The position numbers and the translations under genes are program-made. A stretch of DNA of 64,000 bases, from the IMG/VR virus record IMGVR_UViG_3300029319_000006, positions 64,001 through 128,000 of that record; one strand, written 5' to 3'. The stretch comes from a virus. Positions 39,692 through 48,472 of this stretch are shown here, in pieces (positions within the stretch are counted from its first letter, which is position 1; every line of letters begins with the position of its first letter). The notes under the pieces are model-generated. The model made no database searches. It had not been told where the DNA came from and was given only the letters and a program-made list of their open reading frames with translations.

Positions 39692-40201
39692 ATGGCATAT
39701 TCTGGTCGCTATAAAGTCAAAAACAGATCCAAGTACAAAGGTAATGCTGATGAAGTAGTGTTTAGATCACTATGGGAAGCTAAAGTTTTCAAGTGGTGTG
39801 ATACTAATTCTCAAATAAAATTTTGGGGTTCTGAAGAAGTTGTCATACCTTATTTCTATGAAGTAGATAAAAAATATCACAGATATTTTATGGATTTAAA
39901 AATTACTTATAGTAATGGTAAAACAATATTAGTGGAAATAAAACCTGAAAAAGAAACTATTCCTCCTGATTTCAAAGGAAAGAGAACAAAAAGATATATT
40001 ACAGAAGGAATGACATATGTAAAAAATATGAATAAATGGGCAGCTGCACAAAACTATGCAGCAGATAGAGGATGGGGATTTGAAATATGGACAGAAAAAC
40101 ATTTACAAGCCATGAAATTATTACCCAATCCTAAGAATGAACTTAAACCTCTTCCTAAGCTAAAAAGATTAAAACCACTAAGATCTAAAAAAAGAAGATA
40201 A
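39692..40201 (+). CDS. gp4: Head completion protein (TnsA-like nuclease fold)
   Basis: KYKG...FRSLWE...WCD...WGSEE..IPY...HRYFMD...VEIKP...N..KW.AA. Confidence 0.92.
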   Translation: MAYSGRYKVKNRSKYKGNADEVVFRSLWEAKVFKWCDTNSQIKFWGSEEVVIPYFYEVDKKYHRYFMDLKITYSNGKTILVEIKPEKETIPPDFKGKRTKRYITEGMTYVKNMNKWAAAQNYAADRGWGFEIWTEKHLQAMKLLPNPKNELKPLPKLKRLKPLRSKKRR

Positions 40202-40204
40202 ATA
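40197..40204 (+). promoter_or_regulatory. Late promoter variant GATAAATA
   Basis: NATAAATA ending 5 nt before the gp2 ATG. Confidence 0.45.
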
Positions 40205-40209
40205 CTGTT

Positions 40210-40794
40210 ATGGCAAATTTGTTTAGAAACTTAGAACAACAGGCATTTAAAGCAGGGATTACTCCTAGAACTCAACAATCCAGAGAATGGTTTAGGAAAA
40301 AAGCTGCTGGTCTTAGAAGAATTAATAGAAATGCTTTGATGAGAGAAAAAGAACTAATAAGTTCTCCAAAGCATATTATTGGTTCTATGCAAATGTTTTT
40401 TTATGATCCAAAGACAAAAGATACATTACCTTATTATGATACATTTCCTCTTTCTGTCATAATAGGACCAGCTGATGGAGGATTTATGGGATTAAATTTG
40501 CATTATCTTCCTCCAATATTGAGAGCTAAATTTTTGGATAGCTTGTTAGATTTAGCAAGTAATAAAACATATGATGAAGATACAAAATTTAATATTAGAT
40601 ATAGTATGTTAAAAAGAGCTGCAAAATTTAGATATTTCAAACCATGTATAAAACATTATCTTTCCAGTAATGTAAGAAGTAAATTTTCTACAGTTTCTGC
40701 TACTGAATGGGAAATTGCAACATTTTTGCCAACAGCTCAATGGAAAAAGTCCAATTCCAGTAATGTTTATTCTCAATCAAGAAGGATGATTTAA
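40210..40794 (+). CDS. gp2: DNA end protector protein
   Basis: FFYDPKTKDTLPYYDTFPL...GLNLHYLPP..R...KPCIKHYL. Confidence 0.92.
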   Translation: MANLFRNLEQQAFKAGITPRTQQSREWFRKKAAGLRRINRNALMREKELISSPKHIIGSMQMFFYDPKTKDTLPYYDTFPLSVIIGPADGGFMGLNLHYLPPILRAKFLDSLLDLASNKTYDEDTKFNIRYSMLKRAAKFRYFKPCIKHYLSSNVRSKFSTVSATEWEIATFLPTAQWKKSNSSNVYSQSRRMI

Positions 40795-41531
40795 TGGTAC
40801 AATCAATTGATCAGTTAAAAAGTTTAGTAAGTGCTAAAGATGGTATAGCACGTCCTAATCTTTTTAGAATAAAATTTCCATCATTACCAGGAGCATCATC
40901 AGAAGAAATAAACATTTTATGTAAAGATGTTCAACTTCCAGGAAGACAAATTTTAAGTAACGAAAGAAGAATTGGTCTTAAAAGAGAAAAAGTACCTTAT
41001 GGTTATGCTGTAGAAGATATATCTTTAACATTTCATGTTTTAAATGATTATGGTATAAAAGAGTATTTTGAATCTTGGCAAAACCTAGCTATAAATCAAC
41101 AAACACAAGAAGTTGGTTATCAGAGAGGATATGGAGGATATGCTAGACAAGTTGAAATAGAACAATTCAAGAAGGTGACAAAACTTCCTAATAAATTTAC
41201 TTCAAGTATATCTAAAAGTTCTAATTCATTTCTACCTAAGTTAAGTGATCTTGATATAGTTCAAAGTTTTTTTGGTATACAAGATGAAATAAATGATTTA
41301 GTTGTTTATAAATGTAAATTAATTGATGCTTATCCAACTACATTAACAGCTATTCAACTTAATAATGAATTAGATGGAGTTGTAGAATTGAACATACAAT
41401 TGTCTTACACAAATTGGGAATCACCATTTGTACTTTCTCCATCTAATATAAAAGATGCAATTCAAACTAAAATAAGTTCAACGATAGTAGGATTTTTAAA
41501 TGACGGGATTAATAATTTAATTAAAATATAA
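40794..41531 (+). CDS. Tail tube initiator, gp54/gp19-like
   Basis: GIARPNLF...LC..VQLPG...PY...LTF...FESWQ...AYP...L.Y..W. Confidence 0.75.
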   Translation: MVQSIDQLKSLVSAKDGIARPNLFRIKFPSLPGASSEEINILCKDVQLPGRQILSNERRIGLKREKVPYGYAVEDISLTFHVLNDYGIKEYFESWQNLAINQQTQEVGYQRGYGGYARQVEIEQFKKVTKLPNKFTSSISKSSNSFLPKLSDLDIVQSFFGIQDEINDLVVYKCKLIDAYPTTLTAIQLNNELDGVVELNIQLSYTNWESPFVLSPSNIKDAIQTKISSTIVGFLNDGINNLIKI

Positions 41532-41543
41532 TAAGGATTTGAT

Positions 41544-42245
41544 ATGGCACTACCCAGACTAAATGATGTACCAAAATATACATTAAAAATACCATCAACA
41601 AAAAAGGAGATTACTTACAGACCATTTTTAGTTAAAGAGCAAAAAGTTTTACTTATGGCTCTTGAATCTCAAAATGATAAACAAATATTACAAGCAGTAT
41701 TAGATACAATTGAAGCATGTGTACTTGATAAAATAAATGCAACTAATTTAGCACTATTTGATTTAGAATATGTATTTTTAAAAATTAGATCTGTAAGTGT
41801 AGGAGAAGGAGCAGAAGTTACAATAAAATGTCAAAAGTGTGAGAATCCAGTAAAGACTAAAATAGATTTAAATAGTATTACTTTTGATAAAATGCCTGAA
41901 AATAGAATTAAAATAAATGACAAATATACTATACAAATGATGTATCCAACTTTTAATACTACTATATCAGGAGTATCTAATTCTACATTAGCAGAACAAG
42001 TATATATTTCTGCAATAGGATGTTTAGATAAACTACTTACAAATGATGAAGTGATAGATTTTAAAGATGAAACAGAAGAAGAAAAAAAGGCTTTCTTAGA
42101 AAGTTTAACTGCTCTTCAGTTTGAAAGTATAATTGAATTTGTAAATAATTTACCACGTTTGAGAAAAGAAGTAGAATATAAATGTGAAGAATGTAATACT
42201 ATTAATAAAACTACCCTGGAGGGGTTACAAGATTTTTTATCCTAG
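41544..42245 (+). CDS. gp26: Baseplate hub assembly protein
   Basis: MALP...PKY...PST...YRPFLVKEQK.LL.A, FDLEYVFLKIRS.SVGE, two CxxC, LEGLQDF. Confidence 0.9.
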   Translation: MALPRLNDVPKYTLKIPSTKKEITYRPFLVKEQKVLLMALESQNDKQILQAVLDTIEACVLDKINATNLALFDLEYVFLKIRSVSVGEGAEVTIKCQKCENPVKTKIDLNSITFDKMPENRIKINDKYTIQMMYPTFNTTISGVSNSTLAEQVYISAIGCLDKLLTNDEVIDFKDETEEEKKAFLESLTALQFESIIEFVNNLPRLRKEVEYKCEECNTINKTTLEGLQDFLS

Positions 42246-42430
42246 GCCTTTCCCATGATTCTTTGACAAATCATTATCATGTAAATTATCAGTTAATACA
42301 AAACCACAAATATTCCTTAACTGATGTAGAAACAATGATACCATGGGAGAGGGAAATTTATTTAACTATGCTTATTGATGATATTAAAAAACAAAATGAA
42401 GAAGCACAAAAACAAAATATGCAAAGGTAA
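42233..42430 (+). CDS. gp51: gp51-like baseplate hub assembly frame, -1 relative to gp26 (absent from the ORF track)
   Basis: Translates FFILGLSHDSLTNHYHVNYQLIQNHKYSLTDVETMIPWEREIYLTMLIDDIKKQNEEAQKQNMQR*; YSL..E.MIPWER.IY signature; no ATG before the conserved region. Confidence 0.8.
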   Translation, partial: FFILGLSHDSLTNHYHVNYQLIQNHKYSLTDVETMIPWEREIYLTMLIDDIKKQNEEAQKQNMQR

Positions 42431-42433
42431 GTC

Positions 42434-44122
42434 ATGTCTAATTTAAAAAATGTAGTAGAAGAACTACAAAATCAGCAGGAAGGTCTTAATGATGTTAATT
42501 CTAGTATTCAACAATTAATTAAGATACAAACAGATCAACTTAAATCAGAAAGAAGACAAGCTGGTGATGACTTAGAAAAACAAATCGAATCTAATCGAAA
42601 GAAAAAAGCTGGAACACAGTCAAGAGCTCCTGCTCCTAGATCTTTTGCACAAGGTTTAGGTCAAGGTACTGGTATTAGTGCAGTACTTGGAGGTGTCCAA
42701 GGTTTATTTCCTTCTTTTGCTGGTGCTTTAGGTGGTGCATCATTAGCAGGATTATTAGGAAAATTTACTGGAAGATTAGTATTAGGATCAATTGGTTTCT
42801 TTTTAGGTAAGGAGTATTTGGATAAACATGTAGATAAACTTACTAATATGTTAAATTTAGATACTATCAATATATTTGGAGAAGATTATGATACATCTAA
42901 AATAGTTTCTGGATTAACTGGAGCATTTGCATTAGTATTAGGTCCTGCTGCAATAGGAGCTGCTGTAAAAAGATTCTTTGGAGGAGCTTCATTTAGAAAT
43001 CAAATACTTGGAGGTCCTTCTGGTGGTGCTGGTCCAAGAAGAGGATTTGGCTTTATAGGAAGATTAGGATTAGGTGCTGCAGTTCTTACAATAGGTAGTT
43101 TATTAGGAGATAAAATTGGTGAATTAACAAGCAATCAAGACTTAGATGATGCAGTAACAGCAGCTGCTTCAACAGCTGGTTTACTAATGATGTTTAACCC
43201 AAAAGTTGGTATACTTGCTGGTTTAGCTGTTTTTGCTTATAAAGGTTTTCAGGCTTTAGATAAATGGCTAGATGGCAAAAAAGCTGAAGCTATGAAAGAG
43301 TTACAAAGAGAATTAGATAGTACAGTAATTCCTGGCACTACCAAATATTATTCAGATATGTCAGCTGAAGATTTTAGAAATTTAGAAGAAAAATCTTTAG
43401 GATTTAATGTAGCTTCAAGATTACAAACTAGAGCAGCTGATGCATATACTGGAGGCTATATGGAAGCATCTGGAAATGAAAGTGCTTCATATAGAACCAG
43501 AGCAGCAGAATTAGGAAATGCTGCTAAAATAGCTATGGTTAATATGAGTTTAAAAGATGGTAATAATAAAAAAAGAGTTATTGATGCAAAACTAGAAGCT
43601 GCTGTTGAAGGTAATGCTTTAGTTGCATCTGAATTAGCAAATTTTTATTATAATAAGTTTGGTTCGGATTACTTATCAGCTATAGATAATGATTTACAAA
43701 GAGCTGATGGTATATTTGCTCCAGGTCTATATGGAATAACTGAAGACAAAAGAAAAGCATTTTTAAATAATATTAATAATTTACAAATGGAGAGAATGAG
43801 AGGTTCAGGAGATGGAAATTATGACTCTCTTATTTTACAAAATACCAGTGGTGCTAAAAAACCAGGATATTTAAGTAAAATTACAGGAGCAATTAGTAAT
43901 TTTATGGGAAGAGGCTTAGCTGATATATCTAATCCTGGAATGACTAATCAACCTTCTGTGTTTATTGATAATAGTAACAGCAATAATAGTACTGTTAATA
44001 ACAATGGAAAAACCTCCGCAACAAGTTCTGGATCAAGTGGTTCAGCCACTGACTTTGATGTCATATTTGATCCATTAGTTATATACGGAGGTGGTTCTAA
44101 AGGAGTTAGTCCAGAATATTAA
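42434..44122 (+). CDS. Probable tape measure protein (gp29-like)
   Basis: Coiled-coil N-terminus, Gly/Ala-rich hydrophobic helices, N/S-rich C-terminus; follows gp26/gp51. Confidence 0.6.
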   Translation: MSNLKNVVEELQNQQEGLNDVNSSIQQLIKIQTDQLKSERRQAGDDLEKQIESNRKKKAGTQSRAPAPRSFAQGLGQGTGISAVLGGVQGLFPSFAGALGGASLAGLLGKFTGRLVLGSIGFFLGKEYLDKHVDKLTNMLNLDTINIFGEDYDTSKIVSGLTGAFALVLGPAAIGAAVKRFFGGASFRNQILGGPSGGAGPRRGFGFIGRLGLGAAVLTIGSLLGDKIGELTSNQDLDDAVTAAASTAGLLMMFNPKVGILAGLAVFAYKGFQALDKWLDGKKAEAMKELQRELDSTVIPGTTKYYSDMSAEDFRNLEEKSLGFNVASRLQTRAADAYTGGYMEASGNESASYRTRAAELGNAAKIAMVNMSLKDGNNKKRVIDAKLEAAVEGNALVASELANFYYNKFGSDYLSAIDNDLQRADGIFAPGLYGITEDKRKAFLNNINNLQMERMRGSGDGNYDSLILQNTSGAKKPGYLSKITGAISNFMGRGLADISNPGMTNQPSVFIDNSNSNNSTVNNNGKTSATSSGSSGSATDFDVIFDPLVIYGGGSKGVSPEY

Positions 44123-45036
44123 TCTTCGTTAGCTAACTTAGAAAAATAAGCCATAGTGTCATCATCATCCAATGCAGTCTCTGCAGTTTTAGCTTTAGGA
44201 GCTGGTTCTGATTTTATTGGTGGCTCTGGATCAGTTTTAAAGTTATCATATGGAATCTCATCATCTAAAGCAATCTCTTCTTTTACAGTACGAGGAGAGC
44301 TTTCTCCTAATACAGAAGCCAATCTTACTTTTAATTCATCATAAGACTTATAATTCTTAGGATCAGTCCATTCTGATAGATCTTGTTGTTTGTTATAGAT
44401 CTCTTCTAACTTTGCTTCATCATCTGATATTGCAGATGGTGATTTAAAAGTAGATGTATCATAATTAGGATATCCTTCTACTTTTCTAATCTTTAAAGTA
44501 AAGTCTGCACCCTTCCACATATCAAATGGATTGACTGGTGACTCATCTGGAAATTGAGGTTGCATACTATCCATAATCTTATCAAAGATCTTTTTACCAA
44601 ATCTAAATAGTTTTACAGTACCATCATTTTCCGGATTAGCAGGATCATTAACAATAAGAACATTAGCTACATATCGTAAGTTTCTCTTACGTTGTCTTAC
44701 TAGTGCCTTAGCAGCATTAGAACCATCTTGATTCCAAAGTCTACTATTCATTTCACCAACAGGATCTTGTTGTCCAATAGATGTTAAAGATTTCTCAATA
44801 TACCATTGACCAGTTGGTCCTTTGAAAGCATGTTCCCAATATCTAACCCATGGAGTAGCAGCTCCTGCATCTCCTGGTAAGAATCGAATAACAGCATAAC
44901 CATTACCAGCTTTATCTCTAGTAGGTTTCCAAAATCTATCATCAGTGAATGTTTTAGGTTCGGCAGGTCCATTGCCTGCCATTTCAACTAGTTTAGATAA
45001 ATCAGTTGATTTACTTTTTAACTCTGCAAAGCTCAT
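44119..45036 (-). CDS. gp32: Single-stranded DNA-binding protein
   Basis: DDRFWKP..DKAGNGYAVIRFLP, FGKKIFDKI, NPFD.W.GA.F.LK, acidic C-terminus. Confidence 0.95.
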   Translation of the reverse strand: MSFAELKSKSTDLSKLVEMAGNGPAEPKTFTDDRFWKPTRDKAGNGYAVIRFLPGDAGAATPWVRYWEHAFKGPTGQWYIEKSLTSIGQQDPVGEMNSRLWNQDGSNAAKALVRQRKRNLRYVANVLIVNDPANPENDGTVKLFRFGKKIFDKIMDSMQPQFPDESPVNPFDMWKGADFTLKIRKVEGYPNYDTSTFKSPSAISDDEAKLEEIYNKQQDLSEWTDPKNYKSYDELKVRLASVLGESSPRTVKEEIALDDEIPYDNFKTDPEPPIKSEPAPKAKTAETALDDDDTMAYFSKLANED

Positions 45037-45085
45037 ATATATCTCCTATTGTTTATATTCAGTGTGTACAGTGTATATTATTATA

Positions 45086-45652
45086 TTACTTTTTCCAGAT
45101 CCAGGCAACTAGTGCATCTCTGGTTCCTTTATTTATTTGATTAACTTTATGGAAAGTTCGTGAATCAAAAAATAATGTTTCTCCAACTTCCAAAGGTACG
45201 GGATGAACACCTTGATCATTTCCTTTAATCCAAAATTCACCACCGGATAAATCATCACTCTTAGATAAAATAGTAGAAGTAGAAAAAATTCTTCTTAACT
45301 TTTCTCCAGGTTGATCAATAGCATCACGATGCATTTTAAAAAAATCTCCTTGAACATACTTTATGTATTGAAGCTCACCTATCTTGTATTGATCTTTAAA
45401 CAGAGAATCATTCCATAAAGGAATTATATCTAAAATTTGATTACACAAATTAGGATAATTTTCTGGTATAACTGGAGCTATAACACATTTTCTACTAGAA
45501 GGATTAACATAACTATTTTTTTGTCCTGTTTGTTCATTATAGTTTACTACAGTTCCAGGACGAAAATCCAAATTATCAGATATTAGTCGTTTAATATCCT
45601 CAGTACTTATTTGTTTTCTTTTTATATAAAGTTTTTGTAAATCATATTCCAT
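45086..45652 (-). CDS. 2OG-Fe(II) oxygenase (prolyl 4-hydroxylase-like)
   Basis: QYIKY..GDFFKMHRD...GGEF...FDSRTFHKV...G.R.ALVAW. Confidence 0.85.
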   Translation of the reverse strand: MEYDLQKLYIKRKQISTEDIKRLISDNLDFRPGTVVNYNEQTGQKNSYVNPSSRKCVIAPVIPENYPNLCNQILDIIPLWNDSLFKDQYKIGELQYIKYVQGDFFKMHRDAIDQPGEKLRRIFSTSTILSKSDDLSGGEFWIKGNDQGVHPVPLEVGETLFFDSRTFHKVNQINKGTRDALVAWIWKK

Positions 45653-45653
45653 A

Positions 45654-45944
45654 TCAATCCACTGGTAATGTATTTCCTCGAGGCAAAAAATTTAAATTCT
45701 GTGCCTCTGCTTCAACTTTTTCTTTAATAGATGGTGCAATGTATTTGTTTACATCCTCTACTTCTAAATCAACTATAAATTCACAAACATATATGATAGC
45801 ATCCATATAAGAAAGTTTATGATCTTTTACGGTACTTTCTATTAGTTTTGTAAATCTTACTTTTGTTAAAAATTGATTTTCTTTTTCTGTAGGGTTTGAT
45901 TGTTGGGTTGTCATCTTCGTACATTTCCTGTGTATAAACTGCAC
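45654..45944 (-). CDS. gp33: Late transcription coactivator; real start possibly 45914
   Basis: F...IE..V...SYMDAI...C...IKEKVEAEA..LNFL; near gp32. Confidence 0.8.
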   Translation of the reverse strand: MQFIHRKCTKMTTQQSNPTEKENQFLTKVRFTKLIESTVKDHKLSYMDAIIYVCEFIVDLEVEDVNKYIAPSIKEKVEAEAQNLNFLPRGNTLPVD

Positions 45945-46404
45945 CTATATCTTCGTAGAAAAATCCAACGCTTCTCTTAGGAGTACCATCAGCATTATAT
46001 GCCATATGATCTTTTCGTACTCTATATTTAATTAAATGTTGATGATGTTCACCATAGAATAGATCTTTGTATACACCATCTCTCAAATAACTTTGAAGAT
46101 TTGATAAATAGGTATCTTCTATATTGAAAGCATCTCTTTGTTTAGAGTCATTAGATTTATTCCAGTTCTTCATACCAGAAAGTTTATCTTTACAAGTTTT
46201 AATCCATCCTTTAACTTTTTTAGGAGATAATGGATGGTCGTCAGGTAAAAATCTGATATCTTCATGGATAGTTAAGTTAGCTGAAGTTTTTTTGTTTTCT
46301 CTAGCTTTATTTATACGGTCTCTTAAAACTTGCCTTTGAGCTTCAGTAAGGTTACGTTTCCTTCTAATTTTTTTAATTGGTCTGTTCATAATAATATCCT
46401 CCAT
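45817..46404 (-). CDS. Basic hypothetical protein; real start probably 46389
   Basis: GGAGG upstream of MNRP; own promoter; LPDDHPLS..VK.WI, YLRDG motifs. Confidence 0.6.
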   Translation of the reverse strand: MEDIIMNRPIKKIRRKRNLTEAQRQVLRDRINKARENKKTSANLTIHEDIRFLPDDHPLSPKKVKGWIKTCKDKLSGMKNWNKSNDSKQRDAFNIEDTYLSNLQSYLRDGVYKDLFYGEHHQHLIKYRVRKDHMAYNADGTPKRSVGFFYEDIGAVYTQEMYEDDNPTIKPYRKRKSIFNKSKIYKTNRKYRKRS

Positions 46405-46410
46405 TAGATT

Positions 46411-46448
46411 ATTATCGCATAGCTCATTAAAAAAGTCAACAGTTAATT
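46411..46448 (-). promoter_or_regulatory. Early promoter AATTAACTG-TTGACT-N17-GATAAT
   Basis: One of four near-identical intergenic motifs. Confidence 0.75.
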
Positions 46449-46452
46449 TAAA

Positions 46453-46713
46453 TTATATTTTACAAAAGTATTTTACGTTCTCAACTCTAAACGATCTAAA
46501 TGCTTCTTTGTTAATATCCCAAGCTCTAATAACTTTGTCATTAGGTTGAGTCTCTTTACCTTTCAATTCATAATTAATTTTATCAGGATTAAGAGTACAT
46601 ATCATGTCTCTCTCTTCACCATTTACTTTTGTAAATATTACATTACAATCAGATTCACGTAAATCACGTATCATTTCATCTCTATAGAATTCCATTTTTT
46701 TATCCCCAGTCAT
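46453..46713 (-). CDS. Sm-like/SH3 beta-barrel (WYL_2-like) protein
   Basis: V.FTKVNGEERDM.CTL...WD..K.AFRSFR. Confidence 0.7.
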   Translation of the reverse strand: MTGDKKMEFYRDEMIRDLRESDCNVIFTKVNGEERDMICTLNPDKINYELKGKETQPNDKVIRAWDINKEAFRSFRVENVKYFCKI

Positions 46714-46921
46714 TATCTAATCCAGTTGTTTGTCTATAACGATCACCATAATACTGTTCAGCATATTTAGATTCATCTGTATAATAGAAATCATCATTAG
46801 TTAATCCATTATATTGAACACGTTTAGCTCTAGCTTGTCTTTCTTGTTTACGCATAAACTTAGCTGACTCATTCTTGAGTAATCGTACAAATTTTTCTTG
46901 TGGTGTTAATCTCTTAGCCAA
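46700..46921 (-). CDS. Hypothetical protein with TTG start
   Basis: GGAGG ribosome binding site upstream; promoter upstream. Confidence 0.6.
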   Translation of the reverse strand: MAKRLTPQEKFVRLLKNESAKFMRKQERQARAKRVQYNGLTNDDFYYTDESKYAEQYYGDRYRQTTGLDNDWG

Positions 46922-47013
46922 TTTATTAGTCCTCCTATTCCTTCAACAATAATTGTAAGTATAATTAGTATGCTTAAAAACATAAAACATCCTACCACTG
47001 CTCCCATTATCAT
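46906..47013 (-). CDS. 35-aa hydrophobic membrane peptide (absent from the ORF track)
   Basis: MIMGAVVGCFMFLSILIILTIIVEGIGGLINWLRD*, preceded by GAAAGGAG. Confidence 0.5.
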   Translation of the reverse strand: MIMGAVVGCFMFLSILIILTIIVEGIGGLINWLRD

Positions 47014-47043
47014 ATCTCCTTTCAATAATGTCAACAATTAATT
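47006..47043 (-). promoter_or_regulatory. Early promoter AATTAATTG-TTGACA-N17-GATAAT
   Basis: Variant copy of the repeated motif. Confidence 0.65.
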
Positions 47044-47640
47044 TAATAATTCGAAAATTTCTTTCCAATTTTTTACTTTTGTAATTTCTTCTTTATTACA
47101 ATCAAAATTCATATTATGACCATGTTCAATCAATATTGAAGATAATCCCCAATCTCTACCAGATATAGCATTATCAATTTTATCTTCTATCCAAAATAAT
47201 CCTGAATCTTTCCATGGTCTGAAACATTCATCTTTATCAGCAGCAGTTCCTAAAAAAGTAAATCCATCAAATACAGTTTCACCAAACATTTTTCTTAGAT
47301 TCATTTTTCTAAGTTCACATGCATATGGATTTTTAGAAAGAGAAGTAATAACATGAAAGACATATCCAAGTTCTTCGTGTAACTTTCTTACATATTGAAT
47401 TGCATCTCTCTGAGGAGGTAAGAATCCCATTGCTGCAGATTCATTAAAATGTTTAACTAATGATTTAGCTACATCACTAGATAACTCATATCTTTCTTTC
47501 ATATCATAACTGTATTTGTTTACAGGATCTTCACTAATTGTATAACCATTAGCTTGCATCCATGTATTGAAAGCATATTCCCAATTTAAAAGTACACCGT
47601 CACAATCTACAAGGATTAATCTATCAAGTTGTTTATTCAT
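47038..47640 (-). CDS. HAD-family hydrolase, 5'(3')-nucleotidase-like
   Basis: LVDCDGVLL motif I, VITS, WIEDK..N, H.HN. Confidence 0.8.
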   Translation of the reverse strand: MNKQLDRLILVDCDGVLLNWEYAFNTWMQANGYTISEDPVNKYSYDMKERYELSSDVAKSLVKHFNESAAMGFLPPQRDAIQYVRKLHEELGYVFHVITSLSKNPYACELRKMNLRKMFGETVFDGFTFLGTAADKDECFRPWKDSGLFWIEDKIDNAISGRDWGLSSILIEHGHNMNFDCNKEEITKVKNWKEIFELLN

Positions 47641-47996
47641 TATAGATTTCCTAACTTCTTTTGCTCAGCAGCAGCTTCCTGCATTATTTGAGTAAATGTA
47701 GGCTCAAGTGCTTCCTCGAACCTTTCCCAATCATGTCTACTATACTGATAATGTCTATTTTGAGCATAAGGCGCCCAACCAAAGAATGTTCTAAAATGAG
47801 CTTTTCTATTACAAAGACCATTGTTGAACAAATCGTATATTAGATTCTGAGCTACACGAAACTTATCTAGTTTCTTGTTTGTTGATCTTGAATTTTCACA
47901 TTTACCTGATAAAGGTACTAACTCATTGAGTTGTTCTCTAAGAGCTTCAAATCCTTCGTTTGTAGCCCATGAATTTTTAAATAATTCTAATTGCAT
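47640..47996 (-). CDS. Hypothetical protein
   Basis: TAATG-coupled ORF; FRVAQNLIYDLFNNGLCN motif. Confidence 0.65.
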   Translation of the reverse strand: MQLELFKNSWATNEGFEALREQLNELVPLSGKCENSRSTNKKLDKFRVAQNLIYDLFNNGLCNRKAHFRTFFGWAPYAQNRHYQYSRHDWERFEEALEPTFTQIMQEAAAEQKKLGNL

Positions 47997-48346
47997 TATT
48001 CAATCTCCTTAAATCCAAAACTAGATACTTTAAATCTTTTACCATTCCAAAATGCATTTTCATTTTCCATATGCACAACCATTTCATCAAAAGTCATTGT
48101 AGATCTAAGACCTAAATATCTTCTATTCTTTTCATCCCAATGTAGTGGAGCTAAAACTTCAACATTATCGTTAGCATCCATTCCTATTTTCTTGCTCCAA
48201 GAACCACCCAAATTTTGAGTCCAACGATATGCATACTCAAGTACATCATCAATATCTTTAACATTAGACGGATTTGGAATATTAACTAGAGCAACAGGAG
48301 TAGGTGTTTCATCTCTCATTGCTTTGTGTATAACTGTGATTTTCAT
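47996..48346 (-). CDS. Hypothetical early protein; start moved from 48379 to MKITV
   Basis: GAAGGAG ribosome binding site before the ATG at 48346; the track start overlaps the promoter; LEYAYRWTQN...LRST motifs. Confidence 0.65.
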   Translation of the reverse strand: MKITVIHKAMRDETPTPVALVNIPNPSNVKDIDDVLEYAYRWTQNLGGSWSKKIGMDANDNVEVLAPLHWDEKNRRYLGLRSTMTFDEMVVHMENENAFWNGKRFKVSSFGFKEIE

Positions 48347-48371
48347 ATTAACTCCTTCATTTCTTAATATC

Positions 48372-48409
48372 CTTATCACTTATTTTTAAACAAAAGTCAA
48401 CAGTTAATT
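48372..48409 (-). promoter_or_regulatory. Early promoter AATTAACTG-TTGACT-N17-GATAAG
   Basis: Copy of the repeated motif. Confidence 0.75.
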
Positions 48410-48443
48410 TCAAAAAAACACATTTTTTTTAATTTTTTTTATA

Positions 48444-48451
48444 TATAAATA
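48444..48451 (+). promoter_or_regulatory. T4-type late promoter TATAAATA
   Basis: Exact match ending 21 nt before the GT25-like gene. Confidence 0.7.
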
Positions 48452-48472
48452 GATAAAAAATAGAGGTATAAG

